Positions 1 to 7,933 are shown, counted from the stretch's first letter. The stretch is 32,000 bases of DNA from Ruminococcus albus 7 = DSM 20455 (GCF_000179635.2 NC_014833.1:2370001-2402000), one strand, 5' to 3'. Notes: generated from the sequence alone by a model not told the origin. Translations and numbers: made by a program.

Positions 1-218
1 ACCTTTTTAGCGGTATTGCGTACTACATCAAGCATGACTCCCCTGCCCTCGTGGGATGCGGTTATATCATAAAATACAATTTCGTCAGCACCCTGTTTGT
101 TGTACTCCAGAGCACATTCAACAGGGTCTCCGACCTCTTTTATACCTTCAAAATTTACGCCCTTTACTACCTTGCCGTCACGGACATCAAGGCAGGGTAT
201 TATCCTTTTTGCAAGCAT
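1..218 (-). CDS. hisF: Imidazole glycerol phosphate synthase cyclase subunit HisF, N-terminal part; the gene runs off the left edge
   Basis: Open-ended minus-strand ORF that is absent from the ORF track. My translation from the ATG at 218-216 reads [66 protein letters not shown]. This is the canonical HisF N-terminus (IPCLDV, DITAS). A GGAGGT RBS lies 6 nt upstream. Confidence 0.93.
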   Translation of the reverse strand, partial: MLAKRIIPCLDVRDGKVVKGVNFEGIKEVGDPVECALEYNKQGADEIVFYDITASHEGRGVMLDVVRNTAKK

Positions 219-242
219 ATTTTTACCTCCATATCGGTAATA

Positions 243-725
243 TCATGTATATCTCTCATAGTCCTCGTCAAGGCAGTCGAGCTCGTCCGCCTCTTTAGCG
301 TACCGCCATTTCATACCCTCTGCAATTACGAAAGAGGTATAGCTCTCATTCAGCGAAAACTTTTTGATCACAAATTCGTATTCGGGAGAAAATCTGCCGC
401 CGTCAGTCCAGACGATAAGGCTGTCACGCCTGTTCTTTCCGTACAGATCATCACGGAATTCCAATGTGCAATCCCAGATATCAGTAGGCTTCATCATCGA
501 GCAGTACTTTACTCCCGTAAACAGCATTTCTATCCTGTCCACCCACTGACTGTCAACCGTCAGCAGCAGCGTAGTGCCGTTGTAAGGAAAATGCATGGCT
601 TTCTTCTCATCACAGTAAACACCGCTTATGTAATTAGCTGATACTACGGCAGAATCATGCATACACTTTGTTTCATTTAAGAAGCTGTCTATATCATCCT
701 GAGAAACTATCTTCCGCCAAGCCAT
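243..725 (-). CDS. Hypothetical 160 aa cytoplasmic protein with an acidic C-terminus; no family recognised
   Basis: Intact ORF with an AAGGAGGG RBS about 5 nt before the ATG. It starts 19 nt after the methyltransferase stop and ends 24 nt before the hisF start. No signal peptide or TM segment. C-terminus is EADELDCLDEDYERYT. Confidence 0.7.
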   Translation of the reverse strand: MAWRKIVSQDDIDSFLNETKCMHDSAVVSANYISGVYCDEKKAMHFPYNGTTLLLTVDSQWVDRIEMLFTGVKYCSMMKPTDIWDCTLEFRDDLYGKNRRDSLIVWTDGGRFSPEYEFVIKKFSLNESYTSFVIAEGMKWRYAKEADELDCLDEDYERYT

Positions 726-744
726 AAAACGCCCTCCTTGAAGA

Positions 745-1536
745 TCACTTTTTCTTCAGAACTACATAAGCTGCATAGTGCTTTATATCGAACTCCTTCG
801 GATACGCGGCTAGCATAGCGAGATGCTCCTTCTCCCATTCTGACTTCTGTTCCTCGGTAAGGGAAGATGCACCTATCCCTCGACAGGCTCTTATCCTGCC
901 GTTCCAGCTTTCTCTTGTAAAGTGTACCGGGATAAGGAATTCACCGCTGGCTTCAACATCAAAACATTCAAGATAAGGTGCGGGAACAGCTATGGGCTTC
1001 ATGGTATCGCCCTTGCCTGACCAATCCGGGTTATATTTAAGAACAAGTTCTTCTGTCTTTCCTGCTATCTCATCTTCAAAAGGCAGCCAGTTCATCATCA
1101 GAAAAGCGACCTTTCCGCCCTTATTAAGGAGTTTTGCGAACTGCGGAGCGGTCTTTTCGTGCTCAAAATACCAATAGCACTGACAAGCGGTGATCACATC
1201 GAATCTGCTATCGACAACACCCAGCTTTTCGGCAGGAATAGCAAAGAAAGTTATATCCATACCACTATTTTGTGATAAAAGCTTAGCCTGCTCTATCTGT
1301 TCCTCGGAAATATCAGTACCTGTCCAGTCAGCACCGAATCTGTACATATTTCTTGGAAGAACTCCAGTTCCTGTGCCGATATCAAGAACTTTCTGTCCCT
1401 TGATACCGAGTCTAAGTTCTACCAGTTTATTATAGAATCCCTCGGGGTAGATATCGCGGTACTTTGCGTAATCCGCAGATGCTTTTCCCCAGTCAAATTT
1501 ATTTCCGTTATCTATGTTTGTTCTGCTTATCTCCAT
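745..1536 (-). CDS. Class I SAM-dependent methyltransferase, substrate unknown
   Basis: 263 aa. SAM-binding motif I is VLDIGTGTGVL, followed by an acidic residue in GTDIS and a motif II/III-like FDVITACQCYWYF. TGAGGT RBS. Confidence 0.85.
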   Translation of the reverse strand: MEISRTNIDNGNKFDWGKASADYAKYRDIYPEGFYNKLVELRLGIKGQKVLDIGTGTGVLPRNMYRFGADWTGTDISEEQIEQAKLLSQNSGMDITFFAIPAEKLGVVDSRFDVITACQCYWYFEHEKTAPQFAKLLNKGGKVAFLMMNWLPFEDEIAGKTEELVLKYNPDWSGKGDTMKPIAVPAPYLECFDVEASGEFLIPVHFTRESWNGRIRACRGIGASSLTEEQKSEWEKEHLAMLAAYPKEFDIKHYAAYVVLKKK

Positions 1537-1632
1537 TGTTCAACCTCAAAATTTATCGTCGTTCTGCATTAAAACTCAATCACGATGTTATGCATATATA
1601 TGATTTTTTATTTAATCAAGACATATTTCTGC

Positions 1633-1660
1633 AAAAGTTGTACAAAAACGTACAACTTTT
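1633..1660. promoter_or_regulatory. Perfect 11 bp inverted repeat AAAAGTTGTAC-N6-GTACAACTTTT; candidate operator or RNA hairpin
   Basis: Read directly: arms at 1633-1643 and 1650-1660. On the minus strand the T-run precedes the hairpin rather than following it, so this is not a canonical terminator. It lies just upstream of a possible TTGATT -35 for the methyltransferase gene. Confidence 0.4.
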
Positions 1661-1833
1661 TCGCAAAAAAACCTGATAGTAGAAAGCCTTGTGCGCACGA
1701 TGGCAGGCTGACCGCGAATGACCGCAGAGGCAGTCTGAGATAAGGTGGTCCAGATCGGCAAACGTGGACGTGTCATACTGTACAGGTTTCAGCATCTTGA
1801 AAAATGAATACTATATATATCCAAACATGTCGG

Positions 1834-2439
1834 TCAGACAAGTTCAGAAAAGTTTTTTAGTATTTTAAGACCTGTTTCACCGCTCTTTTCGGGGTGGAAC
1901 TGACATCCGTAAACAAAACCGTTATCACCTACCACAGCAGGTACTTCCGAACCGTATACACTGTAGGCATAAAGGTTTTCCCTGTTATCGCAGAAAGCCT
2001 TGTAGCTGTGTACGAAGTAAACATACTCATCATTTCCAAGTCCCTTGAAAATAGGTACTTCCTTATTAAATTCCAGCTTATTCCAGCCCATATGAGGAAT
2101 AACAAGTCCCGGGTCGGTCATCAGATCGACATGACCCTTTATAAGTCCCAGACCCTCACATTCTTCAAACTCAAAGCTCTTATCAAAAAGCAGCTGCATA
2201 CCAAGGCATATACCCAGAAAAGGCTTTTCCTTAGCCTGTTCCTTTATAGTATCCACAAGTCCGCTGTTTTTCAGCATATTCATTGCCCAGGGAAAAGCGC
2301 CTACACCCGGCAGTATTATCTCATCAGCAGCAATAAGATCTTCTTTTTTATCAGTCAGCTTACTCTCAACTCCAAGATGATCAAGAGCGTTTTTTACGGA
2401 AAAAATATTTCCCGCACCATAATCAACTATTGCTATCAT
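1834..2439 (-). CDS. hisH: Imidazole glycerol phosphate synthase glutamine amidotransferase subunit HisH
   Basis: The sequence MIAIVDYGAGNIFSVKNAL...GICLGMQLL...HSY...FHPEKS carries the class I GATase Cys-His-Glu triad context. The ATG at 2439 shares its A with the hisB TGA stop (TGATG). A GTG at 2442 is an alternative start. Confidence 0.95.
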   Translation of the reverse strand: MIAIVDYGAGNIFSVKNALDHLGVESKLTDKKEDLIAADEIILPGVGAFPWAMNMLKNSGLVDTIKEQAKEKPFLGICLGMQLLFDKSFEFEECEGLGLIKGHVDLMTDPGLVIPHMGWNKLEFNKEVPIFKGLGNDEYVYFVHSYKAFCDNRENLYAYSVYGSEVPAVVGDNGFVYGCQFHPEKSGETGLKILKNFSELV

Positions 2440-3017
2440 CACAGCACCCCTTTTGTAGAAAGTACGCCCTTGCCCGTTTCGGTCATAGCGTCCTTTAATG
2501 CATGAGCCACAGCCTTGAACATGGCTTCGATTATATGGTGATCATTTTTACCATACTCTTCTCTGATATGCAGAGTTATCCCTGCATTGAAAGCAAAAGC
2601 TCGAAAAAATTCTTCAGTAAGGCAGTTGTCATACTGTCCGCAGCGATCATCATGGAATTCGGCATTGAATACCAGAAAAGGTCTGCCGCTGATATCCAGC
2701 GAACAGAAACTAAGTGCTTCATCCATTGGCACATAAGCAGAGCCGTATCTGGCGATGCCACCCTTATCCCCCAGTGCTTCGGCAAAAGCCTTGCCTATGC
2801 ATATGCCTGTATCCTCCACCGAGTGATGAGCGTCAACATAGAGATCGCCCTTGCACTTTACTTTCAGGTCGATGCCGCTGTGTACGCCGAAAGCTGTCAG
2901 CATATGATCAAAAAAACCGATGCCTGTGTCTATATCGACTTTTCCGCTGCCGTCAAGGTCAACAAACACCTCGATATCGGTCTCACGGGTCTTTCTTTTT
3001 ATTTCAGCTGTTCTCAT
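2439..3017 (-). CDS. hisB: Imidazoleglycerol-phosphate dehydratase, monofunctional with no HAD phosphatase domain
   Basis: 192 aa. The sequence RKTRETDIEV...GIGFFDHML...DAHHSVEDTGI...GKNDHHIIEA shows the typical IGPD D(H)HH motifs. The length rules out a bifunctional HisB. Confidence 0.95.
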   Translation of the reverse strand: MRTAEIKRKTRETDIEVFVDLDGSGKVDIDTGIGFFDHMLTAFGVHSGIDLKVKCKGDLYVDAHHSVEDTGICIGKAFAEALGDKGGIARYGSAYVPMDEALSFCSLDISGRPFLVFNAEFHDDRCGQYDNCLTEEFFRAFAFNAGITLHIREEYGKNDHHIIEAMFKAVAHALKDAMTETGKGVLSTKGVL

Positions 3018-3213
3018 AATAACCGCCTTCCATTACCTAAGATCGTGATGATTCGAGGTTTTACACGTGAGGACACACGGATCCCGATCATCTTTATTTA
3101 CAACGAAACCGCCCTCAAAACGACTAATATCCTCACAAATAAACATAAAAGCCACGAAATAAAACCTTATTATAAAGTCAGGTCAAGTGGTGTGCTAAAG
3201 GAATTACCTTGAT

Positions 3214-3915
3214 TTATATGTGAATAAAATTCGGCTCAACAAACTCGACACCGTTTTCAAGCAGTTTATCAATTAACAGCTTGTAGTATCCGGGTACAAG
3301 TTCCTCTGTTTCGTCATGGGCGTGCAGAAGAATGATATGCCTGCCGCCGTCTTTAAGTATAGCCGCACCCGAACCGGGAGCAGGATCATTTACGCGCTTC
3401 CAAACATCGTCAATGGTAAAATCATTACCACGTCGGATGTTGTACTCGGCAAAATCAAATGTCCATAAAGTGTCGATGTCCTTGTCAAGACCCATTTCCT
3501 TCCACCAAGGATAGGAAATATCTCTGTCATCAAGCTTATCAAAACACTTATCCGCAAGATATTTCTGAAAAGCGTCCTTATTAGCACCGCCTTTATCCCC
3601 ATATGGGAAGCGGAAAGGTCTGAACTTGCGTTCAACACCAGCCGCCTTATACAGCTTGTCCAGAATTTCCTCACACTTTTCTATCTCAGCGACACCCTGT
3701 TCAAATGTCAGATTTGAGAACTCAGGGTGAGAAAAACTGTGATTTCCCACGATGATCCCATTTTGCAGAGCATATACAGCATTGTCCCAAAACTCTTCTA
3801 CCTTTTCACCCCAAGCAAACATAACAGGATGAATACCATTTTCACAGAGGTAATCAACGATAGCCCGAGTATTATCAGAAGCTATATCATCTATGGTAAG
3901 TACTGCTTTGATCAT
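3214..3915 (-). CDS. NodB-homology (polysaccharide deacetylase / CE4 family) protein, predicted cytoplasmic
   Basis: 233 aa. NodB motifs are present: TIDD (MT1), HSFSH (MT2), RFPYG (MT3) and LLHAHD (MT5). No signal peptide. Its ATG overlaps the hisD stop (ATGA at 3912-3915). Confidence 0.85.
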   Translation of the reverse strand: MIKAVLTIDDIASDNTRAIVDYLCENGIHPVMFAWGEKVEEFWDNAVYALQNGIIVGNHSFSHPEFSNLTFEQGVAEIEKCEEILDKLYKAAGVERKFRPFRFPYGDKGGANKDAFQKYLADKCFDKLDDRDISYPWWKEMGLDKDIDTLWTFDFAEYNIRRGNDFTIDDVWKRVNDPAPGSGAAILKDGGRHIILLHAHDETEELVPGYYKLLIDKLLENGVEFVEPNFIHI

Positions 3916-5204
3916 TCAAATCTCACCTTTATTGCATTTGCGTGTGCAGTAAGTCCCTCTTTTTCAGCAACAAGAACTATATCGTCCTTAGCCTGACGAA
4001 GTGCATCTTCAGTATAGTAGATGAAGCTTGAACGCTTTTCAAAGCTGTTTACACCCAGAGGCGAAAAGAATCTTGCTGTGCCGCTGGTAGGAAGAACGTG
4101 GTTGGGACCTGCATAGTAGTCACCAAGAGGCTCGGAAGCGTACTGACCAAGGAATATGGAACCAGCATTGTCAAGTCTGCCAACGTATTCAAGAGGATTC
4201 TCAAACAGAACTTCAAGGTGCTCAGGGGCGCATCTGTTAGCCATGTCAACAGCTTCGTCCTTGGTATTGCAGATGATTATTGCACCGTAGTTCTCCAGAG
4301 AGTACTTTATGATGTCTTTTCTTTCAAGATAAGCCATCTGGCGCTCAACTTCTGCTATAGTAGCATCAGCAAGCTTTTCGCTGGTTGTAACAAGTATGGA
4401 AGAAGCAAGCTTGTCGTGCTCGGCCTGTGACATGAGGTCTGCCGCAACGAACTTGGGGTCTGCTGTTTCATCAGCCATAACAAGTATCTCACTGGGGCCT
4501 GCTACCATGTCGATATCTACTACGCCGTAAAGCAGCTTCTTTGCAGTTGCAACATAGATGTTTCCGGGGCCTACTATCTTATCCACCTTCGGTATCTCCT
4601 CGGTGCCGTAAGCCAGTGCCGCGATAGCCTGTGCGCCGCCTGACATGAATACTCTGTCAACACCGCAGAGACCTGCCGCTACAAGTATATCCTTATTGGG
4701 TGTACCGTCCTTCAGGGGAGGTGTCACCATGATTATCTCTTTAACGCCTGCTATCTTTGCGGGGATAGCATTCATCAGTACAGATGAAGGATAAGCAGCC
4801 GTACCGCCAGGTACATAAAGACCAACCTTATCAAGACCTCTTACCTTCTGACCGAGGATACAGCCGTCAGCCTTTGTATTAACAAAGCTGCGGGACTTCT
4901 GTCTGTTGTGGAAGTCTGTTATATTCTCAATTGAATTCAGCAGAGCATTTACAAAATCAGGGTCTGCTTCTGTAAGTGCATCGTTTATTACGTCGCGTGG
5001 AACCTCGTAATACTCGGGGAGCTTACCGTCAAACTTCTCGGTATAAGCCTTAACAGCAGCGTCGCCGCCCTTTCTTACTGTATCTATTATCTCATTTACA
5101 ACGGCAGATACTTTCTTGTCGGTCTCGCCGCTTCTCTCTTCAAGCTGCTTGAAAAACTCGACTTCGTCCTTGCCGTTTACATATATCTTCTTTATCAGTG
5201 ACAT
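3912..5204 (-). CDS. hisD: Histidinol dehydrogenase
   Basis: Motifs match HisD: GLYVPGGTAAYPSSVLM, QAEHD, APEHLE and GDYxAGPNHVLPT. I chose the start at M11 of the listed ORF because AAGGAGGA lies 6 nt upstream of that ATG. Confidence 0.95.
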   Translation of the reverse strand: MSLIKKIYVNGKDEVEFFKQLEERSGETDKKVSAVVNEIIDTVRKGGDAAVKAYTEKFDGKLPEYYEVPRDVINDALTEADPDFVNALLNSIENITDFHNRQKSRSFVNTKADGCILGQKVRGLDKVGLYVPGGTAAYPSSVLMNAIPAKIAGVKEIIMVTPPLKDGTPNKDILVAAGLCGVDRVFMSGGAQAIAALAYGTEEIPKVDKIVGPGNIYVATAKKLLYGVVDIDMVAGPSEILVMADETADPKFVAADLMSQAEHDKLASSILVTTSEKLADATIAEVERQMAYLERKDIIKYSLENYGAIIICNTKDEAVDMANRCAPEHLEVLFENPLEYVGRLDNAGSIFLGQYASEPLGDYYAGPNHVLPTSGTARFFSPLGVNSFEKRSSFIYYTEDALRQAKDDIVLVAEKEGLTAHANAIKVRFE

Positions 5205-5230
5205 TTGTACATCCTCCTTAAAACCTGTTA

Positions 5231-5863
5231 TCACAGATTTTTCTCAACCAGAGAAACAAAGTTCTCTATCTCGCTCTGGCGCATCTTCATGCTGACTGTA
5301 TTCACGATGAGTCTTGCGGAAATGGGGCAGATGTTGTCCTCGATTATCTCAAGACCGTTCTCTTTCAGTGTAGTACCTGTCTCGACGATATCAACTATAC
5401 CGTCAGCCAGTTCAAGCAGGGGTGCAAGTTCAACAGAACCCTCTATCTTGATGATATCAACGTCCATTCCCTTGCTCTCAAAATGTTTTCTTGTGATATT
5501 GGGGTACTTGGTCGCAAGAGTCTTGACATTGTATCCGCCGTAGAAGCTCTGACCTTTTTTGGTGGCAAGTGCGAAACGGCATCTGCCGAAGCCCAGGTCT
5601 ATCAGCTCATAGAACTTGCCTTCCATCTCCTGTATTGTATCCTTGCCAACAACGCCCATATCGCAGACGCCGTGTTCAACGTATGTAATTACATCATTGG
5701 CTTTTGCAAGCACAACTTCAAGGTTGCCGTCAGGCACGGGAAGTATCAGCTTTCTGCCCTTTTCTCTGATAGAAGTACAGTCGTAACCTATCTTCTCCAG
5801 CAGTCCAACAGTATCCTTTTCAAGTCTGCCCTTGGTAAGAGCTATCCTCAAAGGTTTATTCAT
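5231..5863 (-). CDS. hisG: ATP phosphoribosyltransferase, short form
   Basis: About 210 aa. The sequence LRIALTKGRLE...LILPVPDGNLEVVLAKANDV...DIVETGTTLKENGL is typical of short-form HisG, the form that needs HisZ. I chose the start at M7 because a GAGAGGAG RBS lies 7 nt upstream. Confidence 0.95.
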   Translation of the reverse strand: MNKPLRIALTKGRLEKDTVGLLEKIGYDCTSIREKGRKLILPVPDGNLEVVLAKANDVITYVEHGVCDMGVVGKDTIQEMEGKFYELIDLGFGRCRFALATKKGQSFYGGYNVKTLATKYPNITRKHFESKGMDVDIIKIEGSVELAPLLELADGIVDIVETGTTLKENGLEIIEDNICPISARLIVNTVSMKMRQSEIENFVSLVEKNL

Positions 5864-5887
5864 TTTTCTAACTCCTCTCAAATGCTC

Positions 5888-7087
5888 TTATATATTGTTT
5901 TCGGTGATCTCTTCACCTACGGTGATAACTTTCTTTATGCCCTTGCTCTTTGCATACTCAACTGTCTCTTCATAGGAATTGAACAGCGAATGTTCAAGCT
6001 TGCAGCCCTCACGTACCAGCTTCTGAGCATAAGACATAGCCTCAACAACATAGCCCTTTTCGCCGAAGATAACAGCGTCAACAGGCTTGCCTGCAGGATT
6101 TGCTCCGATGCGCTCCAGATGCAGTGCTACGGAATCAACATTCACACCGAAGCCAACAGCGGGAAGCTCCTTGCCGAAAGAACCGATAAGGTTATCATAT
6201 CTTCCACCTTTGAGTACGGACTGTCCCACCTCGGAAAGATAACCCTTGAATACGATGCCTGTATAGTAATCGGTATGGCTTACGATACCAAGGTCAACTG
6301 ATATCTTGCCCTCGTAGCCAAGACTTGAAAGGCGGTTGAAGACCTTTCTCAGGTTATAAAGTATACCTGTTATCTTGTCGTTTGCATAGATATCGCTTGC
6401 CTTATCAAGAACTTCGATACCGCCAAAAAGGCTGGGCAGCTGTTTCAGTGCGCGTGTGATCTCATTATCGCCTATCTCATCCAGCAGGTCATTGAGAGCT
6501 GGGAAATTCTTGGAGGAAATGAGAAGCCTTATCTCCTCGATAATGTCCTCGTCAACATTCAGCTGAGCGACGAGCTCTTTAAAATAGCCGATATGACCTA
6601 TCTCAAGGCGGAAATTTTCCTTATCGAAGCTTGCAAGCGCTTCAACAGCGGTGCAAAGAACTTCAAGGTCTGCACGCTTTACGTTATCGCCGCCGATAAG
6701 CTCTATACCTGCCTGAACAACTTCATCGGAACGGCCTTTCAGCAGAGCATTGTTTGAGAAAACACTCTGGTTGTAATAAAGTCTCAGAGGTGAATCTGCA
6801 TCTTTAAGTCTTGTTGCCGCAAGTCTCGCTATCGGTATAGTGGAATCGGGACGAAGAACTATAAGTCTGCCCTTGGAATCTGTCAGCTTGTAAAGGCTCT
6901 CCTGTCTGAAATTTCTTGTACTTCCGCTGAAAGCGTCATAAAATTCAATACCGGGAGTAACTACTTCGCTGTAACCGAAGCCCTCAAAAAGTGCTGCCAA
7001 GGTCTTCTCCACCTCGCGCCTTGCAAGGCAGTCTTCAAACAAAAGGTCTCTGGTACCCTCGGGGGTTATAAGATCATATCTTTTCAT
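5888..7087 (-). CDS. hisZ: ATP phosphoribosyltransferase regulatory subunit (HisRS paralog)
   Basis: 399 aa with a class II aaRS-like core (PEGTRDLL, LYYNQSVF, GGRYDNL). It has no obvious anticodon-binding extension and sits immediately upstream of short-form hisG. Confidence 0.9.
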   Translation of the reverse strand: MKRYDLITPEGTRDLLFEDCLARREVEKTLAALFEGFGYSEVVTPGIEFYDAFSGSTRNFRQESLYKLTDSKGRLIVLRPDSTIPIARLAATRLKDADSPLRLYYNQSVFSNNALLKGRSDEVVQAGIELIGGDNVKRADLEVLCTAVEALASFDKENFRLEIGHIGYFKELVAQLNVDEDIIEEIRLLISSKNFPALNDLLDEIGDNEITRALKQLPSLFGGIEVLDKASDIYANDKITGILYNLRKVFNRLSSLGYEGKISVDLGIVSHTDYYTGIVFKGYLSEVGQSVLKGGRYDNLIGSFGKELPAVGFGVNVDSVALHLERIGANPAGKPVDAVIFGEKGYVVEAMSYAQKLVREGCKLEHSLFNSYEETVEYAKSKGIKKVITVGEEITENNI

Positions 7088-7698
7088 ACTATCTTTCCTT
7101 TATAATGATTTTTTATAGTTTCGTCAATAAATTCCATTTGTTCATCGGTATGGAACCAATGCTCGCCGCCCTTCATTATGCTGAGTTCGGCTGATATTCT
7201 TTCGGCAAAACCCTTGACCGTATCATGAGAAGTAAGAGCATCGCAATCGCCGTAAATTATATGAGTGGGGATATCCCACTTTATCGGGTGTTTACGCACA
7301 TAGCAGAGGTATTCCCATGAAAGGGTCTCACCGAATTTGGTGGGTATCTCTTTCCTGTCACAAAGTTCCTGCTCAGTAATATTCTCCCACTTCATCATAT
7401 CGGTTATCAGCTTTTCCATATCCACTATCGGAGATATGAAAAATGCCTGCGATATTTTTTTATCGTAAAGCGAAGCCATCGAAAAATAAGCACCGATACT
7501 GTTGGCTATCAGGATAACTTCGTCGCAGTTTCTAGTTTGCTCGTCAAAGTATGCCGGAAATTCTTTCTCTGCTTCCCACGGAGTCTGCGACTTATAATCA
7601 AAGCCCACAACATCATAACCCGTAAAAAGAGGTTTGTAATGCACAGCTTCATCAGCAGTGCCGCCTTTGCCGTGGATATAGATCACTTGCTTATTCAT
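7084..7698 (-). CDS. Small alpha/beta-fold hydrolase, function unknown
   Basis: About 204 aa. It has VIYIHGKGG (oxyanion region), a nucleophile elbow ANSIGA, and later YGDCDAL and GGEHWFH as candidate Asp and His. Its TGA stop overlaps the hisZ ATG (ATGA at 7084-7087). I chose the start at M17 of the listed ORF because of an AAGGAAAG RBS. Confidence 0.8.
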   Translation of the reverse strand: MNKQVIYIHGKGGTADEAVHYKPLFTGYDVVGFDYKSQTPWEAEKEFPAYFDEQTRNCDEVILIANSIGAYFSMASLYDKKISQAFFISPIVDMEKLITDMMKWENITEQELCDRKEIPTKFGETLSWEYLCYVRKHPIKWDIPTHIIYGDCDALTSHDTVKGFAERISAELSIMKGGEHWFHTDEQMEFIDETIKNHYKGKIV

Positions 7699-7770
7699 TA
7701 TGGTCTTTCCTTTGAATTGCGTTTTATCGTAGTAAAGTGCTAACATAGTATCATATTATCAACATGATAT

Positions 7771-7799
7771 ATTTTAGCATACTGACAAAGATTTGTCAA
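7771..7799 (-). promoter_or_regulatory. Near-consensus sigma-A promoter for the hydrolase-his operon
   Basis: The minus strand reads TTGACA (7799-7794), a 17 bp spacer, then TAAAAT (7776-7771). This is about 70 nt upstream of the hydrolase start. The spacer and -35 contain the palindrome GACAAA-GA-TTTGTC (7784-7797). Confidence 0.6.
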
Positions 7800-7933
7800 C
7801 CGATTTGTGCAAATATGCAAGAAATTAATTTGTAAATTATATATGAACGCAAACATTATTTTTAAGCGGAATGAAGCGTCCTTAATATACGCGAAGTCTG
7901 CCCCCTGCAAAGCAAAGAGCAGCTCCGTAACAT

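Noticed and set aside
1616-1795. 59-codon minus-strand frame with a Cys/His-rich peptide (MLKPVQYDTSTFADLDHLISDCLCGHSRSACHRAHK...) in the hisH-methyltransferase spacer
   Set aside because: It has no Shine-Dalgarno sequence. It reads straight through the T-run and the perfect palindrome, and it falls below the ORF-track threshold. The GC island is more likely RNA or DNA structure than coding sequence.
51-3212. Plus-strand ORFs of 196, 203 and 236 aa (51-641, 1894-2505, 2502-3212)
   Set aside because: Each is antisense to hisF, the 160 aa gene, hisH or hisB. They have no RBSs or motifs, and the real genes account for the open frames.
5483-6301. 272 aa plus-strand ORF spanning the hisG/hisZ junction
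   Set aside because: It is antisense to two well-supported his genes and crosses their intergenic RBS region. It has no recognisable motifs and no RBS.
7699-7933. Possible histidyl T-box riboswitch or attenuator upstream of the his operon
   Set aside because: The promoter-to-start distance is only about 70 nt. I found no specifier/T-box sequence and no terminator/antiterminator pair.
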